Shown here: piece after piece, positions 61,720-64,000 of the stretch
How positions within the stretch are numbered: position 1 is the stretch's first letter
Layout: each line of letters starts with the position of its first letter
Assembly (NCBI GenBank): GCA_963666975.2
Contig: CAXVYR010000002.1
Coordinates: 160,001-224,000 of the forward strand
Length of the DNA stretch: 64,000 nucleotides
Reading direction: 5' to 3'
Source: Terriglobia bacterium
GTDB taxonomy: Bacteria; Acidobacteriota; Terriglobia; 2-12-FULL-54-10
Translations under genes and position numbers: made by a program
Notes under the pieces: generated by a model
The model's database searches: none
The model's input: the letters and a program-made list of their open reading frames with translations, nothing else
What the model was told of the DNA's origin: nothing

Positions 61720-62284
61720 TCCCTCGATTTGAAGCGCAACCTCCTGTACGTCGGCACCGGAAATGACTACTCGCCTCCGTCGACCAGCACCTCGGACTCG
61801 ATCATTGCTTTCGATATGGATACGGGAGCAATCCAGTGGGTGCGACAAATAGTAGAGAATGACATCTGGAGCAGCGGCTGCCGCCAGCCGGACCCCGACC
61901 CGGCGGTCTGCCCCGACGTAGACGCCCCGGACTTCGACTTCCCTGCGTCTCCCATTCTCCGCGAACTGCAGGACGGGAGGGAAATACTGATTGCGACCCA
62001 GAAGTCGGGATTGATTTATGCGCTCGACCCGGACCAGGAAGGAAAAACCATTTGGGAGCTGCGGGTGGCAAAGGGCGGAACGCAAGGCGGCATCTTGTTT
62101 GGCTCCGCCACAGACGGGGAAAATGTTTACGCTGCGATCTCCGATTTTGCGCGTCTGACCGGTCGTGTGCCTAATCCCGATGTCGGCGGAGGAATCGTTG
62201 CGGTCAGTCTGGGCAGCGGGCAAAAGATTTGGCACGCTCCGCCACCAGGCTGCGGAGACAGAAGACCCTGCAGTCCGGCGCAGG
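61720..62284 (+). pseudogene. Internal fragment of a PQQ-binding beta-propeller (PVA dehydrogenase-like)
   Basis: LYVGTGNDYS, CPDVDAPDFDF, QKSGLIYALDP, GGILFG; no start, cut at its 3' end by the IS1380 remnant. Confidence 0.75.
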
Positions 62285-62970
62285 CCGCCAGACAGTCACC
62301 CTCGCGATTGAACAGCAACAACGGGTGATAGCAGCTCGACTCGAAATGCCCGTTGTAGGCGCTCCGCTCCTGCTGCCCGTAAACAGGAATTTCCGTACTG
62401 TCCATGTCCAGCACCACCCGTTGCGGTGAATCGATCCCTTCTGCCTTGCCGATCAGCTCCCGGTTCACCCGTGCCAGCCCTGCGAAGTTCCCTTCCTCAG
62501 CCAGCATCTCCGTCTCGAAGGTCTGCAACCGAGAAGTCAGAGCCGCCCCTCGATCCCAAATCTTCCCCGAACCGATCAGCCGCAACGCCGGGTCCTGAGA
62601 TAGCCGCTCGGCATCGTTCACATCCTCGTAACCAGCCAGACGGCTGTAGACCGACTGTCGCAGTAGGTCCGTAAAAGACAACCGCGCATTGTTTGCCCGA
62701 GAGTCAGTCAAGTGCTGTTCGACGAGTTCGCCGAATCCCAATCGCTCGTCCAGCTCTCGCACCAGAATCAGCCCACCGTTGGATGTCACTCGCGATCCTT
62801 GAAAGGCAACCCGCAAAAACCGGTTGAATGACAATTGAAACGCCTGTTTTTGGCTCTCACCCATAGGGTGTACACCTCCCGAAGACTGTATTGATGCTGG
62901 AACCCGCATCAATATTGATGTTGGAGGTTAGTCGAGGGTTGCTTCTACAATTTCAAACTGGAAATGCGGG
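62281..62970 (-). mobile_element. Truncated IS1380-family element (5' part of transposase, ATG 62864)
   Basis: VTSNGGL, AGYEDVNDAERL..DP, VLDMDST, YNGHF...YHPL; putative end cccgcatttcc at 62970; other end missing. Confidence 0.85.
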
Positions 62971-64000
62971 CTAAAGAACAGAGCCGCTCTCGATCAGATC
63001 TCCAGTGAGGTCGTGGGAGTCCCAGTTAGATGGGGCTTTTTGGCCGGACATTTCTCAGCAATGGCCGGATTTGCGGGACTCTCCTCCATTCTGTTTGGAG
63101 GCAGTCTGCCCGTCCCGCTCACCGACCTGGTTGCCGCGAGTTGGTGCGTCGCCGGTGCCGCGGCGATTGCCTTCGCCGCCTTTGCCTTTCTTCCACCGAG
63201 GTTCTGGGTGCGGGTGGTCGGCAGCGCAGGTAATTTGTGGGCTTACGCGGTGGTTGTGATCCTTGCGGCTAATTTCGTAGGAAACGCGAGCCGCTCGCTT
63301 TGGGAGTCCGCAGCCTATCTAACTTTCAATTTGTCGAAGGCATTCCTGTCCCCCTTTATTTCTGGTGTCATTTCCGACACAGCCACGATGCAACTAGGGA
63401 CGCAAAAGTTCTCGGTGCTCATTGATCCGGCGTGTTCGGGTTTAGAAGGAGCTGGCCTGATTCTGGCATTTGGGGTCATCTGGCTTTGCCTGTTTCGAAA
63501 AGAGTGCCGCTTCCCCCAAGCTCTTGCTCTGATTCCGGCCGGCGTGGTTCTCATCTTTCTTTTGAATGCCGTGCGCATAGCCGCGTTGATCCTGATCGGG
63601 GATGCCGGAGCTCGGCAGATTGCGCTAGGCGGGTTTCACTCGCAGGCCGGTTGGATTGCGTTTAACGTTGTTGCGCTGGGTTTTGCGGTAGCTGCAAGGC
63701 GAGTGTCTTGGTGGACTAAAACAGCGCCGGAGCGGGAAATCAAATCGGCCACGAATTCCACCGCAGTCTACTTGCTCCCTTTCCTGATGATCCTTGCATC
63801 GGGGATGATCTCCCGTGCAGTAACCGCCGACTTTGAATGGCTCTATTCACTCCGATTTTTCGCTGCCGCTGCAATCTTATGTGTATACCAGCGGGAGTAT
63901 GCGAAACTCGACTGGAGGTTTGGATGGGTTGGACCAGGGATCGGCGTCCTTGTCTTTTTCCTCTGGATCGTTCTCGATCACCTCTTGAACACCCACACCA
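62971..64000 (+). pseudogene. Exosortase (exosortase E/protease-like), 5' end removed at the IS1380 boundary; runs off the window
   Basis: Open frame from 62971 (LKNRAALDQ...) with IDPACSGLEG, LLNAVRI and GGFHSQAGW giving the Cys-Arg-His triad; absent from the ORF track because no stop lies in the window. Confidence 0.85.

Noticed and set aside
62127-62912. Transposase-PQQ fusion protein
   Set aside because: Read-through across a deletion junction into the antisense strand of the PQQ fragment.

Overview
GC-rich bacterial chromosome segment. Gene content (split F0 atp operon, carboxypeptidase-domain TonB receptor, LptD, PEP-CTERM/exosortase) points to Acidobacteriota (inference). Most of it is housekeeping backbone: nuoN-atpZIBE, argD, nnr-tsaE-fabL-like, dppBC, ntrY/ntrX-like, phoH-ybeY-hlyC-era, lpdA-lipB-E2, tilS-hpt-ftsH-folP, recG, bamD, rpe, lptD, hemB, ligA, tRNA-Lys. 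There are four accessory patches: (i) 6.3-11.9 kb, a nested IS pile-up (IS1202/ISNCY-type element broken by an IS256, plus a second, inverted IS256); (ii) 15-19.5 kb, a PEP-CTERM gene, an IS1595, a Phd-RelE toxin-antitoxin pair and an AbiJ/HEPN-like pseudogene, the last two each preceded by a copy of an ~88-bp repeat; (iii) a third IS256 at 39.7-41.2 kb; (iv) a decayed island after tRNA-Lys (TIR gene, PQQ-propeller fragment, truncated IS1380, 5'-truncated exosortase). No CRISPR array, integrase or complete new system can be demonstrated. Best leads: the repeat-plus-defence-gene cassette layout, shared TAG-anchored MITE-like ends wrapped around unrelated REP-type palindromes, an 8.6-copy 13-bp array between rpe and a YVTN lipoprotein gene, widespread short tandem duplications, a degenerate Hpt next to tilS, and a RomR-like regulator. 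All family assignments come from motif recognition by eye, not database searches.
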